DNA of 64,000 nt from an uncultured Candidatus Saccharibacteria bacterium. GTDB taxonomy: Bacteria; Patescibacteriota; Minisyncoccia; Phycocordibacterales; UBA2100. The first letter of the stretch is position 1. Each line of letters starts with the position of its first letter. The DNA lies in contig CAZPGE010000001.1 in NCBI GenBank assembly GCA_964586255.1, positions 750 to 64,749 of the forward strand, given 5' to 3'. Both the position numbers and the translations under genes were made by a program. Of this stretch, positions 8,907-17,680 are shown piece by piece. The notes beneath the pieces were generated by a model. It was not told the origin of the DNA. It worked only from the letters and a program-made list of their open reading frames with translations, and searched no databases.

Positions 8907-9431
8907 TCAGCGAACGATGCGGAGCCAGCCGAGTCCAGATCTGCTGCAGCTCGCGACCGTATAGGGCAACCCGTATTCGCCGCCGACCGTCTTGGCCCAG
9001 AAGTGCAGTCCTTTGTCGTCGCCGCCGGCGCTGATGCGCAGAATCTTGATGTAATCGCGCTCGCCCATCTCAAGCAAGAACGATCGCATCAACTGATTGC
9101 CATACCCTCGCTTGCGGTATTGCCGCTCGACCCAAATCGAGAACATGTGCACCTCGTTGCGGCGACGGAACCATTGCCTTTGATAGAAAATGTGGCCGAT
9201 GGGCTTGCCGTCGCGAAAGAGAATCGTTCCCCCATATCCGAGCTTGAATAGTGCGAAGAGCAGCAGGGCGTCGGGAAGCCACCGGATGAACCAGGTGAAC
9301 TTCTCGAAGAAGCTCCCCGGGTCGGGATGCCGCGCCCAATGCACGACGTATCGCCAGGCTGATTCAATGTCGACGGCGGCCGTAGCGAGCGGCGTAGCCG
9401 CATCGAGCGCGCGAAGGTCGAAACGTTGCAT
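8907..9431 (-). CDS. GNAT-family N-acetyltransferase
   Basis: Acetyl-CoA-binding motif RQYRKRGYGNQLM. Start at MQRFDL (internal to the listed ORF). Confidence 0.7.
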   Translation of the reverse strand: MQRFDLRALDAATPLATAAVDIESAWRYVVHWARHPDPGSFFEKFTWFIRWLPDALLLFALFKLGYGGTILFRDGKPIGHIFYQRQWFRRRNEVHMFSIWVERQYRKRGYGNQLMRSFLLEMGERDYIKILRISAGGDDKGLHFWAKTVGGEYGLPYTVASCSRSGLGWLRIVR

Positions 9432-9609
9432 GTGTCGTCCCCTTGACTGTGTTTCCAGCCCCAATCATGGCACGAAGTCGAGAAAAGTCAAACGGGCACC
9501 GTGCGTCTCATGGGGCATACTGTGGATATGAAATGGGCGCTCTTTGTCGTGGGACTCGGGACGCTCGTACTCATCCTGGGGTACTGGTTTGCTGCAGTAC
9601 AATAGCCAC

Positions 9610-11340
9610 ATGGTGTTTCTCGCACTCTCTTTTCTCGCAGGCATACTCTCGGTCTTCGCGGCGTGTGTGCTCCCGCTCCTCCCTGTCATAGTCGGCGGTT
9701 CGCTTGCGGCGGGCGGTGAGCGCCGCCGCACTTATGTGATAGTGGGCTCGCTTGCACTCTCAGTGATTGCATTTACGCTTCTCCTGAAAGCATCTACGGC
9801 GCTCATCGGCGTGCCAGAGGAAGTGTGGCGATACATCTCTGGCGGCATTATCGTGGTACTCGGTGTGTTTATGATTTTCCCTGCATTGTGGACGAAAGTT
9901 CCCGGCGTCAACTCGCTCAATCTGGGTTCCAACAGGCTTCTCACGACCGGATACCAGCGTGGTGGCTTCTTGGGCGACGCGATTATGGGCGCGGCACTGG
10001 GGCCCGTCTTTGCGAGTTGCTCGCCGACGTACTTCATTATCCTTGCCACCGTGCTTCCTGCGACACCGCTCCTGGGTGTCGTGTACCTCTCAACATACGC
10101 TGCTGGCCTTGCGCTCGCACTTCTCGCCGTTGCGATTCTCGGCGAGAAATTGGTGAGCAGATTGGGCATCACGCTCGATCCAGCCGGGAAGTTTTTCAAG
10201 GGTATTGGTGTCGCACTTATCATCGTCGGCGTACTCGTGTTCACTGGTGTGATGCGTGATGTAGAGACATGGTTTATCGAGCGAGGGTTCGATGCGACAT
10301 TTATCGAACTCAAATTGCTTGGGAAAGAAGGCGTCTCGGTATCGACTGATCTCAAGGCGGGTTTTGTGTCGCCGGAATCCAAGCCCTCCATGTACGAGCG
10401 TGCGGTGGAGCTCGTGGCGCCATCTGGGTACATCAACACTGACGGAGAGCCCATACAGATTGGTGACCTGATAGGAAAGAAAGTAATCCTCCTCGATATT
10501 TGGACGTACAGCTGTATCAACTGCCAGCGCACGATTCCTTATCTTAAAGATTGGTACGAGAAATACGAAGACCAAGGACTCGAGATTATCGGTGTCCACA
10601 CACCTGAGTTTGGCTTTGAGAAGTTAGAGAAGAATGTGGAACATGCGGTCGCAGAATTTGGGATTCGCTGGCCCGTGATTCTCGACAACAACTACCTCAC
10701 GTGGACCGCATATGGGAATCAGTATTGGCCGCGCAAATATCTCATCGATATCGATGGCTTCATTGTCTACGACCACATCGGTGAGGGTGCATATGCGGAG
10801 ACCGAGGCGCAGATACAGCGCGCGCTCAAAGAGCGCGCGGAAAGATTCGGGCTCAAGGTGGAAGATATGCAGGCGCCGACTGTGGCAGACGAAGAGCGTA
10901 CGGTGCGCAGTCCCGAGATTTACTTTGGCGCATGGCGCAACGAATATCTCGGCAATGGTGACACGCACACTGAAGGAGTGAACACATTTGCGGCGCCTCA
11001 GAGCATACAATCCAACACCGTCTACTTTGTCGGCACATGGGATATCAAACTTGAGTATGCAACCAACGTGACGCCGAGTGCGAAGATATTTTTCCTCTAC
11101 GGTGCGAAAGACGTATACATGGTGGGCAGTGCTGATGCGCCCGTGCGGCTGCGTATCACGCGCGACGGCGGGACTGCGCTCGGCAGCGAACGAGGCGCTG
11201 ATGTCTCACCAGAGGGGATAGTGACCGTGCAGGAAGACAGACTGTACAAGCTCATCGAGGGCGATGCGTACGGCGAGCACACACTCGAAATCGAAGTCCT
11301 AGAGCCCGGCCTCAAAGCCTACACCTTTACCTTCGGCTAG
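9610..11340 (+). CDS. DipZ-like fusion: CcdA/DsbD-type membrane domain + TlpA/ResA-like thioredoxin + C-terminal beta-rich domain
   Basis: The N-terminus has a CcdA signature (SVFAACVLPLLP) and a second Cys (FASCSPTYF). The middle has a redoxin WTYSCINCQ CxxC motif. A ~180-aa C-terminal domain follows. ATG at 9610; the tool ORF starts at TTG 9544. Confidence 0.7.
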   Translation: MVFLALSFLAGILSVFAACVLPLLPVIVGGSLAAGGERRRTYVIVGSLALSVIAFTLLLKASTALIGVPEEVWRYISGGIIVVLGVFMIFPALWTKVPGVNSLNLGSNRLLTTGYQRGGFLGDAIMGAALGPVFASCSPTYFIILATVLPATPLLGVVYLSTYAAGLALALLAVAILGEKLVSRLGITLDPAGKFFKGIGVALIIVGVLVFTGVMRDVETWFIERGFDATFIELKLLGKEGVSVSTDLKAGFVSPESKPSMYERAVELVAPSGYINTDGEPIQIGDLIGKKVILLDIWTYSCINCQRTIPYLKDWYEKYEDQGLEIIGVHTPEFGFEKLEKNVEHAVAEFGIRWPVILDNNYLTWTAYGNQYWPRKYLIDIDGFIVYDHIGEGAYAETEAQIQRALKERAERFGLKVEDMQAPTVADEERTVRSPEIYFGAWRNEYLGNGDTHTEGVNTFAAPQSIQSNTVYFVGTWDIKLEYATNVTPSAKIFFLYGAKDVYMVGSADAPVRLRITRDGGTALGSERGADVSPEGIVTVQEDRLYKLIEGDAYGEHTLEIEVLEPGLKAYTFTFG

Positions 11341-11432
11341 TGTGACGGTCGGGTGACAAGGGATTTTTTCTAAGGTATACAGTCATTAGTCCGTGTTTCA
11401 GGGCTCGACAACAACAGCATGAGGAGGCGGCG

Positions 11433-12182
11433 ATGCCCGCATATATTGATTCTTTTTGGCGCTATAGATTGAAGGGCGGCGCAGGCGAGCGCACCGATCA
11501 GCTTACAGTCGATACTGTGGTGGGCGTCGTCGACGACCGGCAGTTCGGCATCCGCCGCACGTCCGATACCATGAACGCCTGGGTATCGAAGAAGAATTTC
11601 TTCGTCTGCGCCAACGAACCGCAGATGGCGTGCGAACAGCCGCGTTTCGTCCTCGGCCCGGGGATTCACAACGACTCCCTCGACGAGGAGTATGTGCTCG
11701 AACTTGCGGAACGCCTCGGGAGCAAAAGTGAATTGCTCGTCCAGCATGCGCGCGGCGCGTATAGCCTTCATGACACGCCCGGCGCGTTTGCGTCATTTCT
11801 GAATATCGCCACGGTCGGCGCACTCTCGGATTACATGGGAAAGAAGGTAGACCTGAGACGCTTCCGCATGAATGGCTGGATTCAAGGCCTCAGGGCTTTC
11901 GAGGAGCTTGAGTGGGTTCAGGGATACCCGGGCACGAAGGTGATTGAAATCGGCGACTGCCGCTTCCGCGTCGACCACGCCAACGTGCGCTGCAAGGCAG
12001 TCGATGCAAATCCGGACAGCGGCGCGTTCGACCTTGAAGTATTCGCTGCGCTTCGGGAGATGATGGTCAAGCGCGGATACATGCCGCCCCACGCTCAAAA
12101 GCCGTGGGTCATGGGCATTCTCGCCGTACCGCTGAGCGACGGCATCATCGTGCGCGGCGACACCATCCGACTCACCACCTGA
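11433..12182 (+). CDS. MOSC-domain protein (YcbX-like)
   Basis: 249 aa ending in the VRGDTIRL-type MOSC C-terminal motif, with a beta-barrel-like N-terminal half. GAGGAGG RBS before the ATG. Confidence 0.5.
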   Translation: MPAYIDSFWRYRLKGGAGERTDQLTVDTVVGVVDDRQFGIRRTSDTMNAWVSKKNFFVCANEPQMACEQPRFVLGPGIHNDSLDEEYVLELAERLGSKSELLVQHARGAYSLHDTPGAFASFLNIATVGALSDYMGKKVDLRRFRMNGWIQGLRAFEELEWVQGYPGTKVIEIGDCRFRVDHANVRCKAVDANPDSGAFDLEVFAALREMMVKRGYMPPHAQKPWVMGILAVPLSDGIIVRGDTIRLTT

Positions 12183-12286
12183 GCGGCGCGAAGTGTTCTT
12201 CTCGAGAGCGGGACCCCTGGCCCCGCTCTTCTCATATATGCACAGCCATGGCTCTCGATGCGCACGATTGAGCATATACTGTGAAC

Positions 12287-13522
12287 ATGAATACGCTCCT
12301 CGAGCTCTGGTCGCTCCTCAATTATTTGATAGTGCAAGGTTTTGGACTTGTTCTCGCAGCTGGCGTCGCGATTATTTTTCTCTACGTGGTACTGCGCAAG
12401 CTTCACTCGCTCAAAGTGACGCTTCTTCTCATCGTTTTTTTTGCAGGCGCGATGCTCTTTCTATGGTTTCCTATCGGCGTACCGCGTGACCTCCAATACC
12501 CCTTTGGTGTAAAAACTTACGGTCCGGCAGATGGACCGGCACTCCCGCTTGGCAATATCCTCTCGTTTTTCAGTAATTTGGATAAATTCGAGCGAGTGCA
12601 AGATATCGCAGTCGACCCGCTCAGCGTGCCATCGCCGACGGGCCGGACAGAGGAGTCGGATATCGTCATCAATCTCACCACGAAAGAGGTGCTCTCTGAA
12701 ATCGCGCCGGGCGTGGTGGTGAATTACTGGACGTTTGACGGTACAGTACCGGGGCCATTTTTGCGCGTACGCGAAGGCGACAATGTGACGCTCAATCTCA
12801 CCAATGATCCATCGAGCCTCCATATGCATTCGATAGACCTTCATGCGGTCACGGGCCCCGGTGGCGGCGCGACGGTGACGGATTTGATGCCGGGAGAGAC
12901 GAAGACGCTGCGTTTCAAGGCGCTCAATCCGGGCCTCTTCGTGTATCACTGTGCACACACCAATGTAGCCAATCACATGGCGCACGGCATGTACGGACTC
13001 ATTCTCGTCGAACCGAAAGAGGGGATGCCTACTGTCGATAGAGAGATGTACGTCATGCAGGGCGAGTTTTACACGGCCGGTGCGCGTGGCACGAAGGGCC
13101 TCCAAGTCATCGACGCGGGCAAGATGCTCGACGGCAATCCGGCGTACGTGGTCTTCAACGGTCGTGTGGGCGCGGTCTCGAAGGACGATGTCACGATTCA
13201 GCAGGGGGAGAAGGTGCGCATGTATGTGGGCAATGGTGGTGTCAATCTCGTGTCTTCTTTCCACCTCATCGGGGAAATATTCGATACGGTCTACCCGGAG
13301 GCGGCAATGGGGAGCGAGCCACACAAGAATGTACAATCGACGATTGTGCCTGCGGGCGGCGCGACGATTGTGGAATTCACCGCTGATGTGCCCGGCACGT
13401 ACGTACTTGTCGACCACGCGCTTGCACGCATGGACAAAGGCGCGTGGGGTACGCTCAAGATAGAAGGGGAGGCGCGACCTGAAATATTTGACGGTATCTT
13501 CGGCAATTCGGCCGGTCACTAA
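12287..13522 (+). CDS. nirK: copper-containing nitrite reductase (NirK family) with N-terminal membrane anchor
   Basis: Two N-terminal TM helices, then cupredoxin domains carrying type-1/type-2 Cu ligand motifs (HMHSIDLHAV; VYHCAHTNVANHMAHGMYG). Confidence 0.75.
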   Translation: MNTLLELWSLLNYLIVQGFGLVLAAGVAIIFLYVVLRKLHSLKVTLLLIVFFAGAMLFLWFPIGVPRDLQYPFGVKTYGPADGPALPLGNILSFFSNLDKFERVQDIAVDPLSVPSPTGRTEESDIVINLTTKEVLSEIAPGVVVNYWTFDGTVPGPFLRVREGDNVTLNLTNDPSSLHMHSIDLHAVTGPGGGATVTDLMPGETKTLRFKALNPGLFVYHCAHTNVANHMAHGMYGLILVEPKEGMPTVDREMYVMQGEFYTAGARGTKGLQVIDAGKMLDGNPAYVVFNGRVGAVSKDDVTIQQGEKVRMYVGNGGVNLVSSFHLIGEIFDTVYPEAAMGSEPHKNVQSTIVPAGGATIVEFTADVPGTYVLVDHALARMDKGAWGTLKIEGEARPEIFDGIFGNSAGH

Positions 13523-13551
13523 GCTGTGAGCGCGTTTGCTATACTCGCTAG

Positions 13552-14469
13552 ATGAAACAGCTATTCATCTTGCTTGTCGTCCTGGGGGCACTTATCGGAG
13601 GCTTTTTTGCATTCAATGCGTACGTATATGAAGAGAAGCAGGCGACTACCGGCGTCGATCCGAAAAACACTGAATACATCATCGAGGGTCAGCGAGTAAA
13701 ACTCGTCGACGGCGAAGCCTCCGTGGAAGCCGCTCCGGACGCTGCATCGAAGGTAGTCACACGTTATTTCGGCAATGAAATGACGACAGACTTAAACGAC
13801 GACGGTCGTGAAGATGTCGTATTTCTTCTCACGCAGCAGACGGGCGGGAGCGGTACCTTCTTTTATGTGGTAGCAGCACTCAACACCGAGCGTGGTTACG
13901 TGGGCTCGATGGGGTTCCTTCTGGGCGACCGCATCGCTCCGCAGACGACCGAGCTGAGCCGTAATCCTGCTCACAGGAATGTCATCGTGGTCAACTACGC
14001 CGACCGTGCTCTCGGTGAGCCGATGACGGCGCAACCATCAGTAGGAAAGAGTGTCTGGCTGAAACTTGATGCGCAATCGATGCAATTTGGCGAGGTCGCT
14101 CAGAACTTTGAAGGAGAAGCCGATCCGTCGCGTATGAGGCTCGACATGACAAAGTGGCGATGGATTTCAGTACAGTATGAAGATGGCAGGGTGGTAAAGC
14201 CAAAAGTCGAAGGCTCCTTCACGCTTTCATTCGACAAGGCTGGTCGCTTCTCTGTATCTACGGATTGCAACAGCATGGGGGGCGCCTATTCAGCGGCCGA
14301 AGGCACGCTGGTTTTCACGGACACAGTCTCGACGCTCATGTTTTGTGAAGGCTCCCAAGAAGGTGTCTTTGCGGAGCTTCTTAGGGACACCGCCAGGTAT
14401 CACTTCACCTCCCGGGGTGAACTCATCCTCAGCCTCAAATACGACAGCGGCACAGTGACGTTTCGTTAG
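13552..14469 (+). CDS. membrane-anchored protein with C-terminal META/HslJ-like domain
   Basis: N-terminal TM helix; C-terminus STDCNSMGGAYSAAEGTLVFTDTVSTLMFC matches the HslJ/META motif (DCN..G.Y......L......T.M.C). Confidence 0.5.
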   Translation: MKQLFILLVVLGALIGGFFAFNAYVYEEKQATTGVDPKNTEYIIEGQRVKLVDGEASVEAAPDAASKVVTRYFGNEMTTDLNDDGREDVVFLLTQQTGGSGTFFYVVAALNTERGYVGSMGFLLGDRIAPQTTELSRNPAHRNVIVVNYADRALGEPMTAQPSVGKSVWLKLDAQSMQFGEVAQNFEGEADPSRMRLDMTKWRWISVQYEDGRVVKPKVEGSFTLSFDKAGRFSVSTDCNSMGGAYSAAEGTLVFTDTVSTLMFCEGSQEGVFAELLRDTARYHFTSRGELILSLKYDSGTVTFR

Positions 14470-15188
14470 CGCAGGAGCTCGTCGATGACCTTTTCGGTCT
14501 CTTCGGGGCCGGCGACGGGGCGGGTCTGCACACCAGTGGGTATGACTACCGCGTCGTTGCCGCCCTCATAGAGCGCATCTCCCACGTAGACCATGTCGCT
14601 CGGTGATATTTTGAGTTTCTCACTCAACCATCGCACCCCGTACGCCTTACTGATGCCTTTGCGCGTGATATCTATTGTCGTCATGCCGCCGATGAGTACT
14701 TCAAATTCAGGGAGCATCGCGTCGAGCCGCTCCTTGAGTGCCTTACGTTTTGACTGGTCCGGGTCCCATGCTTTCTTCTCCTTGAGCGGTGCTTCCATAC
14801 CGATGGCGGCATAGGCTATTTGGACCTCTCGGTCGAGTATGAGGGCGCGGGGGTCAGCGTTCTCCGCGCTCTTCTCGATTGCTTCGCGGATGCGGTGTCG
14901 CTCCTCGTGCGTGAGTGCGAGAGAATATTCTTCGTTCCAACCGTCCTGCCACGAATACGCCTGCGCTGAACTGTTGGGGAGAATGTAAAGATTCTTTACG
15001 AAGGATGATTTTTCAAGAATGGGGAGAAAATCACGCTCTATCCGTCCGTACCCGGCGGCAGAGACAATGGCGACCGGCATTTTTGTGAGGAGAACACCGA
15101 GCTTCTCTACCATGCACGTCGAGGGTGGCTGAAAGCTTTCAGCGAGCGTATCGTCGAGGTCGAAGAGTGCAGCTTTTGGAGCAGTCAT
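14466..15188 (-). CDS. HAD-IIB family hydrolase (sugar-phosphate phosphatase-like)
   Basis: FDLDDTL motif I at the N-terminus and VYVGDALYEGGND motif IV. Start set at MTAPKAALFDLDDTL to avoid a long overlap with the divergent GT gene. Confidence 0.65.
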   Translation of the reverse strand: MTAPKAALFDLDDTLAESFQPPSTCMVEKLGVLLTKMPVAIVSAAGYGRIERDFLPILEKSSFVKNLYILPNSSAQAYSWQDGWNEEYSLALTHEERHRIREAIEKSAENADPRALILDREVQIAYAAIGMEAPLKEKKAWDPDQSKRKALKERLDAMLPEFEVLIGGMTTIDITRKGISKAYGVRWLSEKLKISPSDMVYVGDALYEGGNDAVVIPTGVQTRPVAGPEETEKVIDELLR

Positions 15189-15231
15189 GAGGAAGAGATT
15201 ACCACATCGGGTGCTAAAATTGAGGCACCTC

Positions 15232-16437
15232 ATGCATACCCGCATCCTCATGTTTGGGTGGGAATTCCCGCCGCACAACTCCGGCGGTCTCGGCGTCGCG
15301 TGCCAGGGTATAACACGTTCGCTCTCTGAGCGCGGATTTGAAGTGATATTTGTAATGCCCAAGAAGCTCGATGTCTCGAGCCCGTGGGCACGCATGGTCT
15401 TTGCGGAGCGACCTGGCGTCGTGGAGTATACGGTCAACTCTCCACTCAGTCCGTACGTGACAAGCTCCAAGTACAAAAAAGAGCACGGCGGAAGCATCTA
15501 TGCGAGCAATCTGTTTGATGAAGTAGAGCGATATACCCAGATGGGGAGCACCATAGCGAGAGAAGAGCATTTCGATGTGATATATGCGCACGATTGGCTC
15601 TCCTTTGGCGCAGGCATGGAAGCAAAGAAGGCTACGGGCAAGCCGTTTATCGCGCATGTGCACGCGACGGAGTTTGATAGAAGCGGTGGCAACGAGAGTG
15701 TGAATAGCCACGTGTATGACGCGGAGAAAGCGGGGATGGAAGCAGCCGATAGAGTAGTCGCGGTTTCCGAATTCACCAAACAGATTATTGTGAGCAAGTA
15801 CGGCATACCGGCAGACAAGGTGCGCGTGGTACACAACGGTATCGACGAGAGCACCGCGCCGAGTGGCGATGGCCTCAAGCGCTTGCGCAATCTCAAGAAC
15901 TCGGGCTTCAAGATAGTGCTCTTCCTCGGTCGTCTCACACTGCAAAAGGGTCCGGACTATTTCTTGCGCGCTGCGAAAAAGGTACTGGAACATGACCCCA
16001 AGGTCATGTTTGTCGTCTCGGGTTCGGGGGATATGGAAGAGGAGATATTACAACTCGCCGGGAAGCTTGGGATTTCGCGCAGCGTGCTCTTCACAGGCTT
16101 CCTCGCTGGTTCCGACCGGCACGAGATGTACATGGCAGCCGACCTCTTTGTGATGCCTTCCGTCTCTGAGCCTTTCGGCATAACACCACTTGAGAGCATG
16201 AAGCTTGGCACGCCCGTCCTTATCTCGAAGCAGTCAGGTGTCTCGGAGGTGGTGCACCATGCGCTCAAGGTGGATTTTTGGGACATCGATGAGATGGCGA
16301 GCAAGATTCTCTCTGTGGTGAGTCATGACGCACTGCGCGAGTCGCTTGCCGACAACGCAAAAAGAGAGGCCGACCGTATCACGTGGGCTGATACAGCACT
16401 TAAACTCGACGGTATCCTCCAAGAGTTGGTACGGTAA
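15232..16437 (+). CDS. retaining GT-B glycosyltransferase, glycogen/alpha-glucan synthase-like (GT4/GT5)
   Basis: N-terminal GWEFPP..SGGLGVA (KTGGL-like) motif and a C-terminal E-x7-E motif (SEPFGITPLE). First gene of the glucan operon. Confidence 0.7.
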   Translation: MHTRILMFGWEFPPHNSGGLGVACQGITRSLSERGFEVIFVMPKKLDVSSPWARMVFAERPGVVEYTVNSPLSPYVTSSKYKKEHGGSIYASNLFDEVERYTQMGSTIAREEHFDVIYAHDWLSFGAGMEAKKATGKPFIAHVHATEFDRSGGNESVNSHVYDAEKAGMEAADRVVAVSEFTKQIIVSKYGIPADKVRVVHNGIDESTAPSGDGLKRLRNLKNSGFKIVLFLGRLTLQKGPDYFLRAAKKVLEHDPKVMFVVSGSGDMEEEILQLAGKLGISRSVLFTGFLAGSDRHEMYMAADLFVMPSVSEPFGITPLESMKLGTPVLISKQSGVSEVVHHALKVDFWDIDEMASKILSVVSHDALRESLADNAKREADRITWADTALKLDGILQELVR

Positions 16438-16484
16438 TGTGTTTTTCGGTGGTAAAATAGCAACGTGTACGCCCGATACTTGTC

Positions 16485-17678
16485 ATGAAATCGGTCTGCT
16501 TTTATTTTCAGGTGCATCAACCGTATCGCGTCAAACGGTATCGCGTGTTTGATATCGGCAACGACCCTGAATATTTCAATGACCGCGGCGAGAGCGATCT
16601 CAACAACCGCAAGATTGTGGAGAAGGTTGCCGCAAAATCGTACATTCCTGCGACCACGCTTCTTCTCGACCTCCTCCGTCGTCATCCCGAAATGCGGGTG
16701 AGCTTCTCCTTCTCTGGTGTTGCCCTTGAACAGCTAGAGCGGTATGTGCCGCAGGCAATTGAGCTCTTTAAGCAGATAGTGGACACCGGTCGTGCTGAAG
16801 TCTTGGGTGAGACGTACTACCATTCACTCGCTTTTTTCTATTCGCCAGGTGAGTTTGAGAGACAAGTAGCCAAACATCGCGAGACCGTGCGCCGCATCTT
16901 CGGTGTCTGGCCGCGCGTCTTCCGCAATACCGAGCTCTCATACCGCAACGATCTCGCGCACTGGGCCGATAGGGAAGGGTACCTTGGCGTGATAGCCGAA
17001 GGATGGGACCCGGTCTTGGGCTGGAGGAGCCCGAACTATGTGTACACCCCCAAGGGAGCAAAGAATACGCGCCTTCTTCTCAAGAACTACCGCCTGAGTG
17101 ACGACATCGCATTTCGCTTTTCATCACGCGAGTGGTCTGAGTGGCCGCTAACCACGGAGAAATTCGCACAATGGGTGCACGCGATGGAGGGTGACACCAT
17201 CAACCTCTTTATGGACTATGAGACCTTTGGCGAGCATCAGTGGGAAGATACAGGCATCTTCCACTTTCTCGATAAACTTCCTGAAGAGCTGTACAAGAAT
17301 CCTGATATAGCATTCAAAACACCGAGTGAGGTCATACAGGCCTACGACCCACGCGATGAGGTGGATATGCCAAATATTGTGACGTGGGCGGACACCGACC
17401 GCGACCTCACTGCATGGGTCGGCAACCCCATGCAAAAAGCCGCGATTGAAGCGGTGTACGGCATTGAGGACCAGGTGATGCTCGCCAACGATGGGCGGCT
17501 CATGGAAGATTGGCGCAAGCTGCAGACCTCTGACCACTTTTACTATATGTGCACCAAGTGGTCTGCCGACGGCGACGTGCACGCGTATTTCTCACCCTAC
17601 GAGTCGCCGTATGATGCATACATCTCATATATGAATGCGCTCTCGGACCTCAAGCTCAGGCTTGAAAAAAGGAAATAG
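16485..17678 (+). CDS. glycoside hydrolase family 57 (alpha-amylase/branching-enzyme-like)
   Basis: N-terminal GH57 signature CFYFQVHQPYR and conserved Glu/Asp regions (MDYETFGEH). Confidence 0.8.
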   Translation: MKSVCFYFQVHQPYRVKRYRVFDIGNDPEYFNDRGESDLNNRKIVEKVAAKSYIPATTLLLDLLRRHPEMRVSFSFSGVALEQLERYVPQAIELFKQIVDTGRAEVLGETYYHSLAFFYSPGEFERQVAKHRETVRRIFGVWPRVFRNTELSYRNDLAHWADREGYLGVIAEGWDPVLGWRSPNYVYTPKGAKNTRLLLKNYRLSDDIAFRFSSREWSEWPLTTEKFAQWVHAMEGDTINLFMDYETFGEHQWEDTGIFHFLDKLPEELYKNPDIAFKTPSEVIQAYDPRDEVDMPNIVTWADTDRDLTAWVGNPMQKAAIEAVYGIEDQVMLANDGRLMEDWRKLQTSDHFYYMCTKWSADGDVHAYFSPYESPYDAYISYMNALSDLKLRLEKRK

Positions 17679-17680
17679 CT

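Noticed and set aside
8152-8964. 270-aa plus-strand ORF spanning the GlcD start, both terminator hairpins and the two small minus-strand genes
   Set aside because: It is Arg/Ser-rich, low-complexity, and runs through two strong terminators. The minus-strand genes have proper terminators and are preferred.
9732-10532. 266-aa minus-strand ORF
   Set aside because: It is antisense to the CcdA/thioredoxin domains of the DipZ-like gene, whose motifs are unambiguous.
12213-12237. hairpin GAGCGGG-ACCCCTGGC-CCCGCTC after the MOSC gene
   Set aside because: It has only a weak T-tract (TTCTCAT) and a long loop, so it is uncertain as an intrinsic terminator. It is not listed as a feature.
12461-13519. 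352-aa minus-strand ORF
   Set aside because: It is antisense to nirK and has an Arg/His-rich composition typical of a GC-rich antisense frame.
15214-15993. 259-aa minus-strand ORF
   Set aside because: It is antisense to the GT4 glycosyltransferase, whose conserved GWEFPP / E-x7-E motifs identify the real frame.
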